Program-made: the position numbers and the translations under genes
The notes under the pieces: generated by a model
What the model was told of the DNA's origin: nothing
Seen by the model: only the letters and a program-made list of their open reading frames with translations
The model's database searches: none
Shown here: positions 1-8,090 of the stretch, one piece after another
How positions within the stretch are numbered: the stretch's first letter is position 1
Layout: each line of letters begins with the position of its first letter
Source: Candidatus Limnocylindrales bacterium
GTDB lineage: Bacteria; Chloroflexota; Limnocylindria; Limnocylindrales; CSP1-4
Direction: 5' to 3'
DNA length: 60,966 nt
NCBI GenBank assembly: GCA_035688935.1
Contig: DASSMI010000046.1
Coordinates: 1-60,966, forward strand

Positions 1-280
1 CCCGCCCGCCGGCCGGACGATCCGCGGCGTGCTGTCGTTCGACGACATCGAGGGCGGCTGCGCGTTCATCGAGTCGCCCGACGGGTCGCGCTACGAGGTC
101 GTCTACCCCGAAGGCTGGGTCCTGGAGCGAGCGACCGGCCGCCTGCGCGGTCCGGACGGCGAGGACGTCGCGCCGGGCACGCTGATCGAGGTCGAGGGCT
201 CCATCGCGACGGACCGGTCGTCGATCTGCCAGCTGGGTCCGATCGTCTTCGCGACGCGCGTCGTCGCCCCCGCTCCGTAG
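1..280 (+). CDS. hypothetical protein, C-terminal fragment (reading frame open to the left edge of the window)
   Basis: The frame of track ORF 29..280 has no stop back to nt 2. The composition looks like a real protein (EVVYPEGWVLERATGRL...), not Arg/Pro shadow sequence. No family recognised. Confidence 0.4.
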   Translation, partial: PPAGRTIRGVLSFDDIEGGCAFIESPDGSRYEVVYPEGWVLERATGRLRGPDGEDVAPGTLIEVEGSIATDRSSICQLGPIVFATRVVAPAP

Positions 281-347
281 CCGGCCCCGCGCGCGAGTCG
301 ATGGAGCGTCCGCGCACCACTGAATCGACGGCGCGCGATGACCCCGT

Positions 348-376
348 TTGACGTCGTCAGAGCCCCCGCGTACCGT
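348..376 (+). promoter_or_regulatory. candidate sigma70-type promoter upstream of the subtilase gene
   Basis: TTGACG (348-353), a 17-nt spacer, then TACCGT (371-376, TANNNT). It lies about 110 nt upstream of the ATG at 488. GACGTC palindromes sit at 350-355 and about 389-394. Confidence 0.35.
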
Positions 377-487
377 CGTCCCATTCCTGACGTCGCCGAA
401 CGGGAGATCGGTGGACGTCCCGCGCCATCGGTTCCGCGCCAAAGACCCGGCGTGAGCGCGCCTGGCACCAGGAGGAGGCTTCGCCCG

Positions 488-3391
488 ATGAGACGGGTTC
501 CTGCGTTCGTTGCCGCATTCCTCGTCGCGGCATCCCTGTTCGCCGTGCCGGTCCAGGCGGCGTCCGGCAAGGCCGGCGCCCACTACGCGGCCGGCCGCTA
601 CATCGTGACGTTCGCCGACGAACCGGTCGCGAGCTACACGGGAACGACGAAGGGCTTCGCCGCGACGAAGCCTGCGGCTGGCAAGCACATCAACCCCAGC
701 TCCGCGGCCGTCGTCCGCTGGCAGACCCACCTGACCGCGATCCACGACGCCGCGCTGGCGAAGGTCGGCGCGACGAAGATCTACGACTACACGGTCACGA
801 ACAACGGCGTCGCGGTGACGCTGACCGCCGGCCAGGCCGACAAGCTGTCCAGGCTCAGCGGCGTCGTCCGGCTCGAGCGTGACAAGCTCGCCCATCCGGA
901 CACCACGGACTCACCGCACTTCCTCGGCCTCGACGCCGCGGGCGGCCTGTGGGACCAGCTCCCCGGGACGAACGCCCAGTCCGGCGCCGGCATCGTCGTC
1001 GGCGTGATCGACACGGGCATCTGGCCCGAGAACCCGTCGTTCGCGGGCAACACCGGGATCCCCGTCCCGGCGGACTGGCACGGCACGTGCCAGGGCGGCC
1101 AGCAGTTCCCCGACACGACGTGCAACGACAAGCTCATTGGCGCGCGCTACTACTTCGGGGGCTACGGCAAGAAGAACATCGCCAAGGAGAACTACACCTC
1201 CGCCCGCGACTTCGAGGGCCACGGCTCGCACACCTCGTCCACGGCCGCCGGCAACTACGGCGTGCCGGTCTCGATCGACGGCACCTCCATCGGCACCGCC
1301 TCCGGCATGGCGCCGGGCGCGAAGATCGCGATGTACAAGGTCTGCTGGACCGGCAAGACGACGCCGGCCGGCTGCTTCAACTCCGACAGCGTCGCCGCGA
1401 TCAACGACGCCATCCTCGACGGCGTCGACGTCCTGAACTACTCGATCGGCGGGACGACCGAGTCGAGCGTGCTCGACAGCGTCGCCCAGGCCTTCCGCGC
1501 CGCCCAGAACGCCGGCGTCTTCGTCGCCAACTCGGCCGGCAACAGCGGCCCGGGCGCGAGCACCCTCGACCACCCGGCCCCGTGGGTGACCACGGTCGCC
1601 GCGGCGACGTTCCGGCGGGCCTTCCAGGTCGTCGAGCTCGGGAACGGCGCCCGCTACGTCGGCGCGTCGACCACGGCCTCGCTGCCCTCGTTCAAGCAGA
1701 TCGTGACGGCCGGCAGCGTCAAGCTCGCGAGCGCGGCGGTCGCAGATGCGAACCGCTGCTTCGCCGGGACGTTGGACCCGGCCCTGGCCACCGGCAAGAT
1801 CGTCGTCTGCGATCGCGGCGTCAACGCCCGGATCGACAAGAGCTTCGAGGTCAAGCGGGCCGGCGGCGCGGGCATGGTCCTGGCCAACGTCTCGCCGAAC
1901 TCGCTCAACGGCGACTACCACGCGGTTCCGTCCGTTCACATCAACAACACGGACGGGGCCGCGGTGAAGGCGTACATCGCCGACCAGGCGTCGGCGGCGG
2001 TCGCCAGGATCGTGCCGCTCACGGGGGCCGAGCTTGCCGCCGCGCCGCAGGTCCCGGAGATCACCGACTTCTCGTCGCGCGGTCCGTCGACCACGACCGG
2101 CGGCGACATCCTCAAGCCCGACATCGCGGCCCCGGGCAACGACGTCGTGGCGGCCGTCGCGCCTCCCGGCAACCACGGCCGAAGCTTCGACTTCTATTCG
2201 GGCACGTCGATGGCCTCGCCGCACATCGCCGGAATCGGCGCGCTGGTCAAGGCGCTCCATCCCACGTGGCTCCCGTCCGAGATCAAGTCGGCGATCATGA
2301 CCAGCGCTGGTGACACCGTCTCGAGCGCCGGCAACCCGTTCGCGCAGGGCGCCGGCTTCGTCAACCCGAACGGCGCCGCGGATCCTGGCCTCGTCTACCC
2401 GACGACGGCCGGTGAGTACCGCCAGTACCTCGTCAGCCTCGGGGTCCACTTCGCCCCGCCGAACGACACCCTGACGCCGATCACCGCCTCGAACCTGAAC
2501 CAGGCCTCGATCGCGATCGGCGGCATGGCCGGCATCGAGTCGGTGACGCGGCACGTCAAGAACGTCGGCTCGTCGACGGCGACCTACACGGCCGCGGCCA
2601 GCGTTCCGGGCGTCACCGTCTCGGTCACCCCGAGCTCGCTGACGCTGGCACCGGGCGCGACCGGGAACTTCACGGTCACGTTCACCCGCGACACGGCTCC
2701 GCTCGGCGTGTGGAGCATCGGATCGCTCACGTGGACCGACGGCAGCCACGTCGTCCGCAGCCCGATCGCCGTCCAGCCGGTCGCGGTCAGCGCGCCCGCC
2801 GAGATCCACGGCGACGCGAGCGCGAGCGGTTCCAAGGAGTTCCAGGTGAAGCCCGGCTTCACCGGTCAGCTCGACACGGCGATCAGCGGCCTCGTCGGCG
2901 TCACGCCGATCGCCGACAGCGTCGTCACGGGCGCCATCGACACCACGGCGCCGGTCGCCGACGCCGACACCAAGCACTACACGGTCGTCGTGCCGGCAGG
3001 TACCCGCGCCGTGCGGTTCTCGCTCGACTCCGACGACGACACCGCGGATCTCGACCTGTTCATCTATCGGGCCGGGACGCGAGTCGGCACGTCGGCGTCG
3101 GGTGCAGCCGACGAGCAGGTCACGTTGCTCGATCCGGCCGCGGGGACCTATGACGTCTACGTCAACGGGTTCACGACGCCGGGCGGCACGACCTCGTACC
3201 ACCTCGCGAACTTCGTCGTGGCCGCGGCCGATGCCGGCAACGCCAGCATCTCGCCCGACCCGGCGGCCGTGACGGTCGGCGAGCCGATCACGCTGACGGG
3301 CAGCTGGACGGGTCTCGACCCGGCCAAGCGCTGGTTCGGCGTGATCACCTACACCGGCACCACCACGGTGACGTTCTTCTCGGTGGGCTGA
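488..3391 (+). CDS. secreted S8 subtilisin-family serine protease (I9 propeptide, S8 with PA insert, Fn3-like domain, C-terminal PPC-like domain)
   Basis: Catalytic motifs VGVIDTGIW (Asp), HGSHTSSTAAG (His) and GTSMASPHIAG (Ser). PA-type insert (KIVVCDRGVNARIDK). I moved the start to ATG 488: it follows AGGAGGAGG at about 470-478 and yields the signal peptide MRRVPAFVAAFLVAASLFAVPVQA. Confidence 0.9.
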   Translation: MRRVPAFVAAFLVAASLFAVPVQAASGKAGAHYAAGRYIVTFADEPVASYTGTTKGFAATKPAAGKHINPSSAAVVRWQTHLTAIHDAALAKVGATKIYDYTVTNNGVAVTLTAGQADKLSRLSGVVRLERDKLAHPDTTDSPHFLGLDAAGGLWDQLPGTNAQSGAGIVVGVIDTGIWPENPSFAGNTGIPVPADWHGTCQGGQQFPDTTCNDKLIGARYYFGGYGKKNIAKENYTSARDFEGHGSHTSSTAAGNYGVPVSIDGTSIGTASGMAPGAKIAMYKVCWTGKTTPAGCFNSDSVAAINDAILDGVDVLNYSIGGTTESSVLDSVAQAFRAAQNAGVFVANSAGNSGPGASTLDHPAPWVTTVAAATFRRAFQVVELGNGARYVGASTTASLPSFKQIVTAGSVKLASAAVADANRCFAGTLDPALATGKIVVCDRGVNARIDKSFEVKRAGGAGMVLANVSPNSLNGDYHAVPSVHINNTDGAAVKAYIADQASAAVARIVPLTGAELAAAPQVPEITDFSSRGPSTTTGGDILKPDIAAPGNDVVAAVAPPGNHGRSFDFYSGTSMASPHIAGIGALVKALHPTWLPSEIKSAIMTSAGDTVSSAGNPFAQGAGFVNPNGAADPGLVYPTTAGEYRQYLVSLGVHFAPPNDTLTPITASNLNQASIAIGGMAGIESVTRHVKNVGSSTATYTAAASVPGVTVSVTPSSLTLAPGATGNFTVTFTRDTAPLGVWSIGSLTWTDGSHVVRSPIAVQPVAVSAPAEIHGDASASGSKEFQVKPGFTGQLDTAISGLVGVTPIADSVVTGAIDTTAPVADADTKHYTVVVPAGTRAVRFSLDSDDDTADLDLFIYRAGTRVGTSASGAADEQVTLLDPAAGTYDVYVNGFTTPGGTTSYHLANFVVAAADAGNASISPDPAAVTVGEPITLTGSWTGLDPAKRWFGVITYTGTTTVTFFSVG

Positions 3392-3413
3392 CCTTCGATC
3401 CCCTTGCGAACGA

Positions 3414-3446
3414 GCCCGGCGGTCGCCGACCGCCGGGCTCTTCGAT
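3414..3446 (+). terminator. rho-independent terminator after the subtilase gene
   Basis: Perfect 11-bp stem GCCCGGCGGTC / GACCGCCGGGC with a 3-nt loop (3414-3438), followed by TCTTCGATT. Confidence 0.6.
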
Positions 3447-3479
3447 TCCGGGGGAGGTCGACTCGGCTATCCTCGGGTC

Positions 3480-4535
3480 GTGGTCCGCCAGCTCTCCCGG
3501 AAGGTCGCTCTCGCCGAGCTCCACTGCCATCTCGGCGGCGCCGTGACCCCGGCGATCATGTGGAGCATCGCCCACGCCCAGGGGATCAAGCTGCCGACCC
3601 GCGACTACTGGGAGTTCCGGGACATGATCACCGTGTCGGAGCGGCGCAACCGCAGCTTCGACGGGTATCTCCAGCTCTTCCACTGGACGGAGCTGATCCA
3701 GAGCTCACCGATCGCGGTGGAGCGGGCCGTCTACGAGGTCGTCGGCGGGGCCTACCGCAAGAACAACATCACCACGACCGAGCTGCGCTTCAACCCGATG
3801 AAGCGGAACCGCGGCGGCGAGCAGGACCTCGACCACATCATCGCGGCCGCGACCCGGGGGATGGACCGGGCCAGCCTCGAGTACCCGGTGAAGCCGGGCC
3901 TGATCTTCTGTCTCGACCGGGCCTTCCCGTACGAGCTCAACGAGATCATCGTGGAGAAGGCGATCGCGTGGCGCGATCGGGGCGTCGTCGGGATCGACAT
4001 CGCCGGCCCGGAGTCCGCGACCTTCCGCGTCGCCGACTACCGCCGGCTCTACCGTCGGGCGCGTCAGTTCGGGCTCGGGCTGACGGTCCACACCGGCGAG
4101 TCCGGTCCCGTCGAGGAGGTGGCCCGCGTCGTCGAGCTCCTGGAGCCCGACCGGATCGGGCACGGCGTGAAGGCGGCCTACGACCCGCGGGCGATGGCGA
4201 TGATCCGCGAGCGCGGCATCGTCCTCGAGATCTGCCCCAGCTCCAACCTGAACACCCGGGTCGTGTCGGGCTGGGACGAGCTCCGCTGGATCTTCGACAC
4301 CTTCCGCCGCAACGAGGTGCGGTTCACGATCAACACCGACGGGCCCGAGATGCTCAAGTCGTACATCCGCGACGAGATGGCGTCGCTCGGCCGCCTCGGG
4401 ATCCTGACGGTCGAGGACCAGGAGGCCGCGGCCGCGACGTCGCTCGCGGCGTCGTTCGTGCCGAACGTCTCCGACGTCCCACCGGCGCGGCTGGAGCCGG
4501 CGTCGCGCGACGCGGTGGAGCGCGAGGAAGCCTAG
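3480..4535 (+). CDS. add: adenosine deaminase family protein
   Basis: Motifs LAELHCHLGG, HTGESG and TINTDGPEM (metal and catalytic residues of the adenosine/AMP deaminase fold). GTG start. Confidence 0.85.
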   Translation: MVRQLSRKVALAELHCHLGGAVTPAIMWSIAHAQGIKLPTRDYWEFRDMITVSERRNRSFDGYLQLFHWTELIQSSPIAVERAVYEVVGGAYRKNNITTTELRFNPMKRNRGGEQDLDHIIAAATRGMDRASLEYPVKPGLIFCLDRAFPYELNEIIVEKAIAWRDRGVVGIDIAGPESATFRVADYRRLYRRARQFGLGLTVHTGESGPVEEVARVVELLEPDRIGHGVKAAYDPRAMAMIRERGIVLEICPSSNLNTRVVSGWDELRWIFDTFRRNEVRFTINTDGPEMLKSYIRDEMASLGRLGILTVEDQEAAAATSLAASFVPNVSDVPPARLEPASRDAVEREEA

Positions 4536-4584
4536 AGACAGGCCGGACGCGACGGCGCGGCGACCCCCGCCCGGTCACGACGCG

Positions 4585-5301
4585 TCACGCGTCCGAGGCG
4601 CGGTCCTCGATCCGGTACGAGCAGCAGCGGTCGCCGCTGGCGATGTGGCGCTCGCGGACGACGTCGACGCCGAGGACGTCGCGGAACAGGTCCAGCTCGG
4701 CGTCGCACGCGGATCGCTCGCCCCGCGCGACGTCGAGGATCGCGCAGTTGTGCTCGAGGAGCTGGATCGTCCCGTCCGGCCCGAGCCGGGCCGAGGCCAG
4801 GTAGCCCTGGTCGTCCTGGAGGACCGCGAGGGCCCGCACGCGATCGATCAGCGGCGCGTCGCTGCCGACGAGATCGTCGAGCTGGCGGCGGACCCGCTCG
4901 CCGATCTGGCGGCGCCGGGCCTGGAAGACCTGCTCGACCAGGTCGTTCCCGCCGACCGCGCCGATGGCGCTGAGCAGGCCGGCGGCGAGGCCGTCGTAGT
5001 TCGACGGGAAGAGCTCCTGGGCCTCGGGCGTGACGTCGTAGACATGGCGCGGCCGGCCCACCCCGTGCCGGACCGTCTCGCGCCGGACGAAGCCGGTCGC
5101 TTCGAGCGCCCGGAGCTGCTGGAGGACGCCCGTCCGGCTCGCCCCGATCGCGGCCGCGAGCTGGTCGGGCGTCGCCGGGCCGTCGCGGCGGAGCCGGAGG
5201 AGGATGTCGCGGCGCAACGCGCGAGGCGTGGCCGCGTTCGGCGTGGACGGTACGGCCGGGGTGGGAACGGCGGAGGCAGCGCGCTCGGCGGCCGGGTCCA
5301 T
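4585..5301 (-). CDS. ArsR-type winged-helix regulator with SufR-like C-terminal Cys cluster
   Basis: The real gene is only the C-terminal 238 aa of track ORF 4585..6402. The start ATG at 5301-5299 was verified in the DNA. HTH region PATPDQLAAAIGASRTGVLQQLRALEATGFV. Cys pattern C186-x12-C199-x26-C226C227. Confidence 0.7.
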   Translation of the reverse strand: MDPAAERAASAVPTPAVPSTPNAATPRALRRDILLRLRRDGPATPDQLAAAIGASRTGVLQQLRALEATGFVRRETVRHGVGRPRHVYDVTPEAQELFPSNYDGLAAGLLSAIGAVGGNDLVEQVFQARRRQIGERVRRQLDDLVGSDAPLIDRVRALAVLQDDQGYLASARLGPDGTIQLLEHNCAILDVARGERSACDAELDLFRDVLGVDVVRERHIASGDRCCSYRIEDRASDA

Positions 5302-5309
5302 TCCGGAAC

Positions 5310-5365
5310 GGTAGCACCGGCGCTCGGCCGGCGCGTCGTCGGTCGCTCGGGGCCGCGGTGCTACC
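5310..5365. promoter_or_regulatory. 10-bp inverted repeat in the divergent regulator / acyl-CoA dehydrogenase promoter region
   Basis: GGTAGCACCG (5310-5319) and its exact reverse complement CGGTGCTACC (5356-5365), inside the 72-bp divergent intergenic region. Confidence 0.3.
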
Positions 5366-5373
5366 CTCGATCG

Positions 5374-6540
5374 ATGGACTTCGACCTGTCTCCGGAGCAC
5401 GCACTCCTCCGCTCGACGATCCGCGACTTCATGGAGAACGAGGTCGCGGGCGCGATCGACGAGCACGAGCGCGACCACCGCTTCCCGTCCGAGATCGTCG
5501 CTCGGCTCGGCGAGATGGGCTGGCTCGGCATCCCGGTCGCCGAGGAGGACGGCGGCGCGGGCATGGACACGCTCGCGTACGCGATCGCCGTCGAGGAGAT
5601 CAGCCGCGTCTGGGGCTCGCTCGGGATCATCGTGGCCGCCCACACGAGCCTGGGCTGCGGGCCGTTGATGATCGCCGGGACCCCCGCGCAGAAGGAGCGC
5701 TTCCTCCGGCCGCTCGCGAGCGGCAAGGTCATCGGCGGCTACGGGCTCACCGAGCCGGGCGCGGGCTCGGACGCCGGCGGCACGCGGACCACGGCTCGAC
5801 GGGAGACGACGCCGGACGGCGACACGTGGGTCATCGACGGAGGCAAGCGGTTCATCACGAACGCCGGCCAGGCCGGGACGTACATCGTCACGGCGCGGAC
5901 CGGCACGACCGATCGGGGCGATCCTGAGATCAGCGCCTTCATCGTCCCGGCCGACACGCCCGGGTTCTCGATCGGCCGGCTCGAGGACAAGATGGGCCTC
6001 CACGCCTCGGCCACGGGCGAGCTGCTCTTCGACCGGGCCCGGATTCCCGCGGAGAACCTCCTCGGCGAGCAGGGCAAGGGGTTCCGGACGTTCCTCAAGG
6101 TCCTCGACGGCGGCCGGATCTCGATCGCCGCGATGGCGCTCGGGATCGCCCAGGGCGCCTACGAGGCGGCCGCCGCCTACTCGAAGGAGCGCGAGCAGTT
6201 CGGCCGGCCGATCGGGACCTTCCAGGGCGTCGCCTTCATGGTCGCCGACATGGCGACCGAGCTCGAGGCGGCCCGGGCACTCGTCTACCGCGCGGCCTGG
6301 CTCAAGGACCGCGGCCGCGACTACACCGTTGCCGGCGCACAGGCGAAGCTCTTCGCGTCCGAGGTGAGCAGTCGCGTCACGAACGCCGCGATCCAGGTCC
6401 ACGGCGGCTACGGCTACGTCGAGGAGTACAAGGTCGAGCGCTACCTGCGTGACGCGAAGCTCACCGAGATCGGGGAGGGGACGAGCCAGGTCCAGCGGCT
6501 CGTGATCGCGCGGAAACTGCTCGATCTGCGGGTCGTCTGA
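5374..6540 (+). CDS. acyl-CoA dehydrogenase
   Basis: The start ATG at 5374 (MDFDLSPEH...) is in frame with track ORF 4645..6540. Typical ACAD sequence throughout (GYGLTEPGAGSD, QVHGGYGY, EIGEGTSQVQR). Confidence 0.9.
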   Translation: MDFDLSPEHALLRSTIRDFMENEVAGAIDEHERDHRFPSEIVARLGEMGWLGIPVAEEDGGAGMDTLAYAIAVEEISRVWGSLGIIVAAHTSLGCGPLMIAGTPAQKERFLRPLASGKVIGGYGLTEPGAGSDAGGTRTTARRETTPDGDTWVIDGGKRFITNAGQAGTYIVTARTGTTDRGDPEISAFIVPADTPGFSIGRLEDKMGLHASATGELLFDRARIPAENLLGEQGKGFRTFLKVLDGGRISIAAMALGIAQGAYEAAAAYSKEREQFGRPIGTFQGVAFMVADMATELEAARALVYRAAWLKDRGRDYTVAGAQAKLFASEVSSRVTNAAIQVHGGYGYVEEYKVERYLRDAKLTEIGEGTSQVQRLVIARKLLDLRVV

Positions 6541-6639
6541 CGGATCGTTGCCGCGGCATCACGCGCGCGGTTGGTCCGAGGATCGTGCTTCTTCGCTGGT
6601 CTTGGCGCCGCCGGACGTCGCTCGACGACGACTTGCGCG

Positions 6640-7395
6640 TCAGTCGACCCGGTCGAGCCGCACCATCAGCCGGTACTCGCTGTTCGCGCCGACGCAGGTC
6701 TGGAGCGTCATCCCGGGCGAGCTGAGCGACGCCCAAGCCCACGACGCGGCGGTCGTCGGGGCGGTGACCCGCCACCAGATGACGCGGTACTCGTGGACGT
6801 GGCCGCCACCGTCGGCATACCAGACCCGCATCCCCTTGCGGAGCGTGCCCCGGACGTAGGCGTCGTGGAGCGGGCGGAACGTGCTCCAGGCATGCGACAT
6901 CAGGTAGACGTTGTTCCGACCGGCACAGCCCCAGCGGTAGACGCCGGCGTCCGGCGGACGCGTCCGCGAGCACGGGAACGACTGGACCGAGCGATTGATC
7001 CCGAGGCTCGGGATCCAGACCCGGTTCGTCCCATGGAAGCTCGTCGGGGAGGCGCCCGATCCGGTCCCGGACGAGCCGCGGACCGAGACGGACTTCGACT
7101 TCGCCGCAACGGCGAGCGATGCCCCGGACGGTCGCTCCGCCAGCGGGGTGCGGCGGGCGACGACATCGCCGCCGACATCGACCGCGGGGGACGATTCGCG
7201 AGCCGCACCGCGAACGAGCTCCGACGCTCGGTCGGTCGTGCCGGGGATCGCGGCGGCTGAAGCGGGGGCGGCGACGGGGACGACGACGGGAGGCAGGGTC
7301 CGGGCCAACGCGAGACCCGTGATCTCGCCGGCGAGGATCGCCCCCAGGATCGCCGGCAGCAGCAGCCGACGGGGGCGGCGGGGTCGGAAAGCCAT
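6640..7395 (-). CDS. sortase-family transpeptidase (class E/F-like), N-terminally membrane anchored
   Basis: N-terminal TM segment (LLLPAILGAILAGEITGLAL). Candidate His in YLMSHAW, TLQTC catalytic-Cys motif, downstream Arg (YRLMVRL). Confidence 0.7.
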   Translation of the reverse strand: MAFRPRRPRRLLLPAILGAILAGEITGLALARTLPPVVVPVAAPASAAAIPGTTDRASELVRGAARESSPAVDVGGDVVARRTPLAERPSGASLAVAAKSKSVSVRGSSGTGSGASPTSFHGTNRVWIPSLGINRSVQSFPCSRTRPPDAGVYRWGCAGRNNVYLMSHAWSTFRPLHDAYVRGTLRKGMRVWYADGGGHVHEYRVIWWRVTAPTTAASWAWASLSSPGMTLQTCVGANSEYRLMVRLDRVD

Positions 7396-7540
7396 GACCC
7401 GAGCATCCCGGCCGGGCTCGGTCGGCTCCTTGGGTCGGTCGTCCCGACGGACCCGGGACGATGGTGCCTGCTGTCACAACGGTCCGGATGGGTGGTGTCC
7501 GGTCCGGTGTGGATCGGGTCAGTCGGCGGTCGGTCCCGGA

Positions 7541-8017
7541 TCAGCCGCCGGTGCCCGCCGCCCGGACGAGCGCCGACCGAAAGCGCTCCTTGAATGTCGG
7601 CGCCCACGGGCCCTGACCGGCCGCGACGTACGGCGACGCCTCCACCGACTCGAACGTGTCCGGGTCGGTGACGAACTCGGTCGCGCACGTGTCGATCGTG
7701 GAGCGCTTCGTCTCGTACGTCTGACGGTTCCGGAAGATGTACACGTGAATTCGGACCGGCGTGGTCTGATCGGCGCCGGACGCGTCGAACCCGATCGCCG
7801 TCTTCGCGATGTCCGCATCCGCGCAACCGGCGTCGCCGGACACGATGTTCGTCACGGTGATCCCGGCGTCGGTGAGGATCGATGCCATGCCGGGGAAGTC
7901 GGCGGGCGTCGGCGCCGGCGGCGTCCGGGAGATCGTCCCGCACCCGGCGACGACGGACGCGACGAGCGTCACGCCGCCGAGGACACGCGCGATCCGGGTG
8001 AGGGCAACGGGGAACAC
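7541..8017 (-). CDS. hypothetical lipoprotein
   Basis: Lipobox LVASVVAGC near the N-terminus. The composition looks like a real protein. It starts 73 nt downstream of the VWA operon on the same strand. Confidence 0.6.
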   Translation of the reverse strand: MFPVALTRIARVLGGVTLVASVVAGCGTISRTPPAPTPADFPGMASILTDAGITVTNIVSGDAGCADADIAKTAIGFDASGADQTTPVRIHVYIFRNRQTYETKRSTIDTCATEFVTDPDTFESVEASPYVAAGQGPWAPTFKERFRSALVRAAGTGG

Positions 8018-8090
8018 GAGACCGAGCGTACAACGACGGCCCCGGCCGCGCCCCAGCCCGAGGCTCAGCAGCGCGCCCGAGCCCGAGCCG

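Noticed and set aside
911-3202. 763-aa minus-strand ORF, plus several other long ORFs overlapping the subtilase gene
   Set aside because: The composition is extreme in Arg, Gly, Asp and Pro, with no recognisable motifs. It lies antisense to a gene with an unambiguous S8 catalytic triad. This is the usual high-GC shadow-ORF artefact.
4585-6402. The 605-aa track ORF treated as one gene
   Set aside because: Only the last 238 aa (from ATG 5301) look like a protein, with an HTH and a Cys cluster. The upstream 367 aa are antisense to the acyl-CoA dehydrogenase. The same logic was applied to trim ORFs 15202-18258, 18530-21028, 24653-27424, 28923-29753, 42719-43615, 45421-45900 and 49276-50751.
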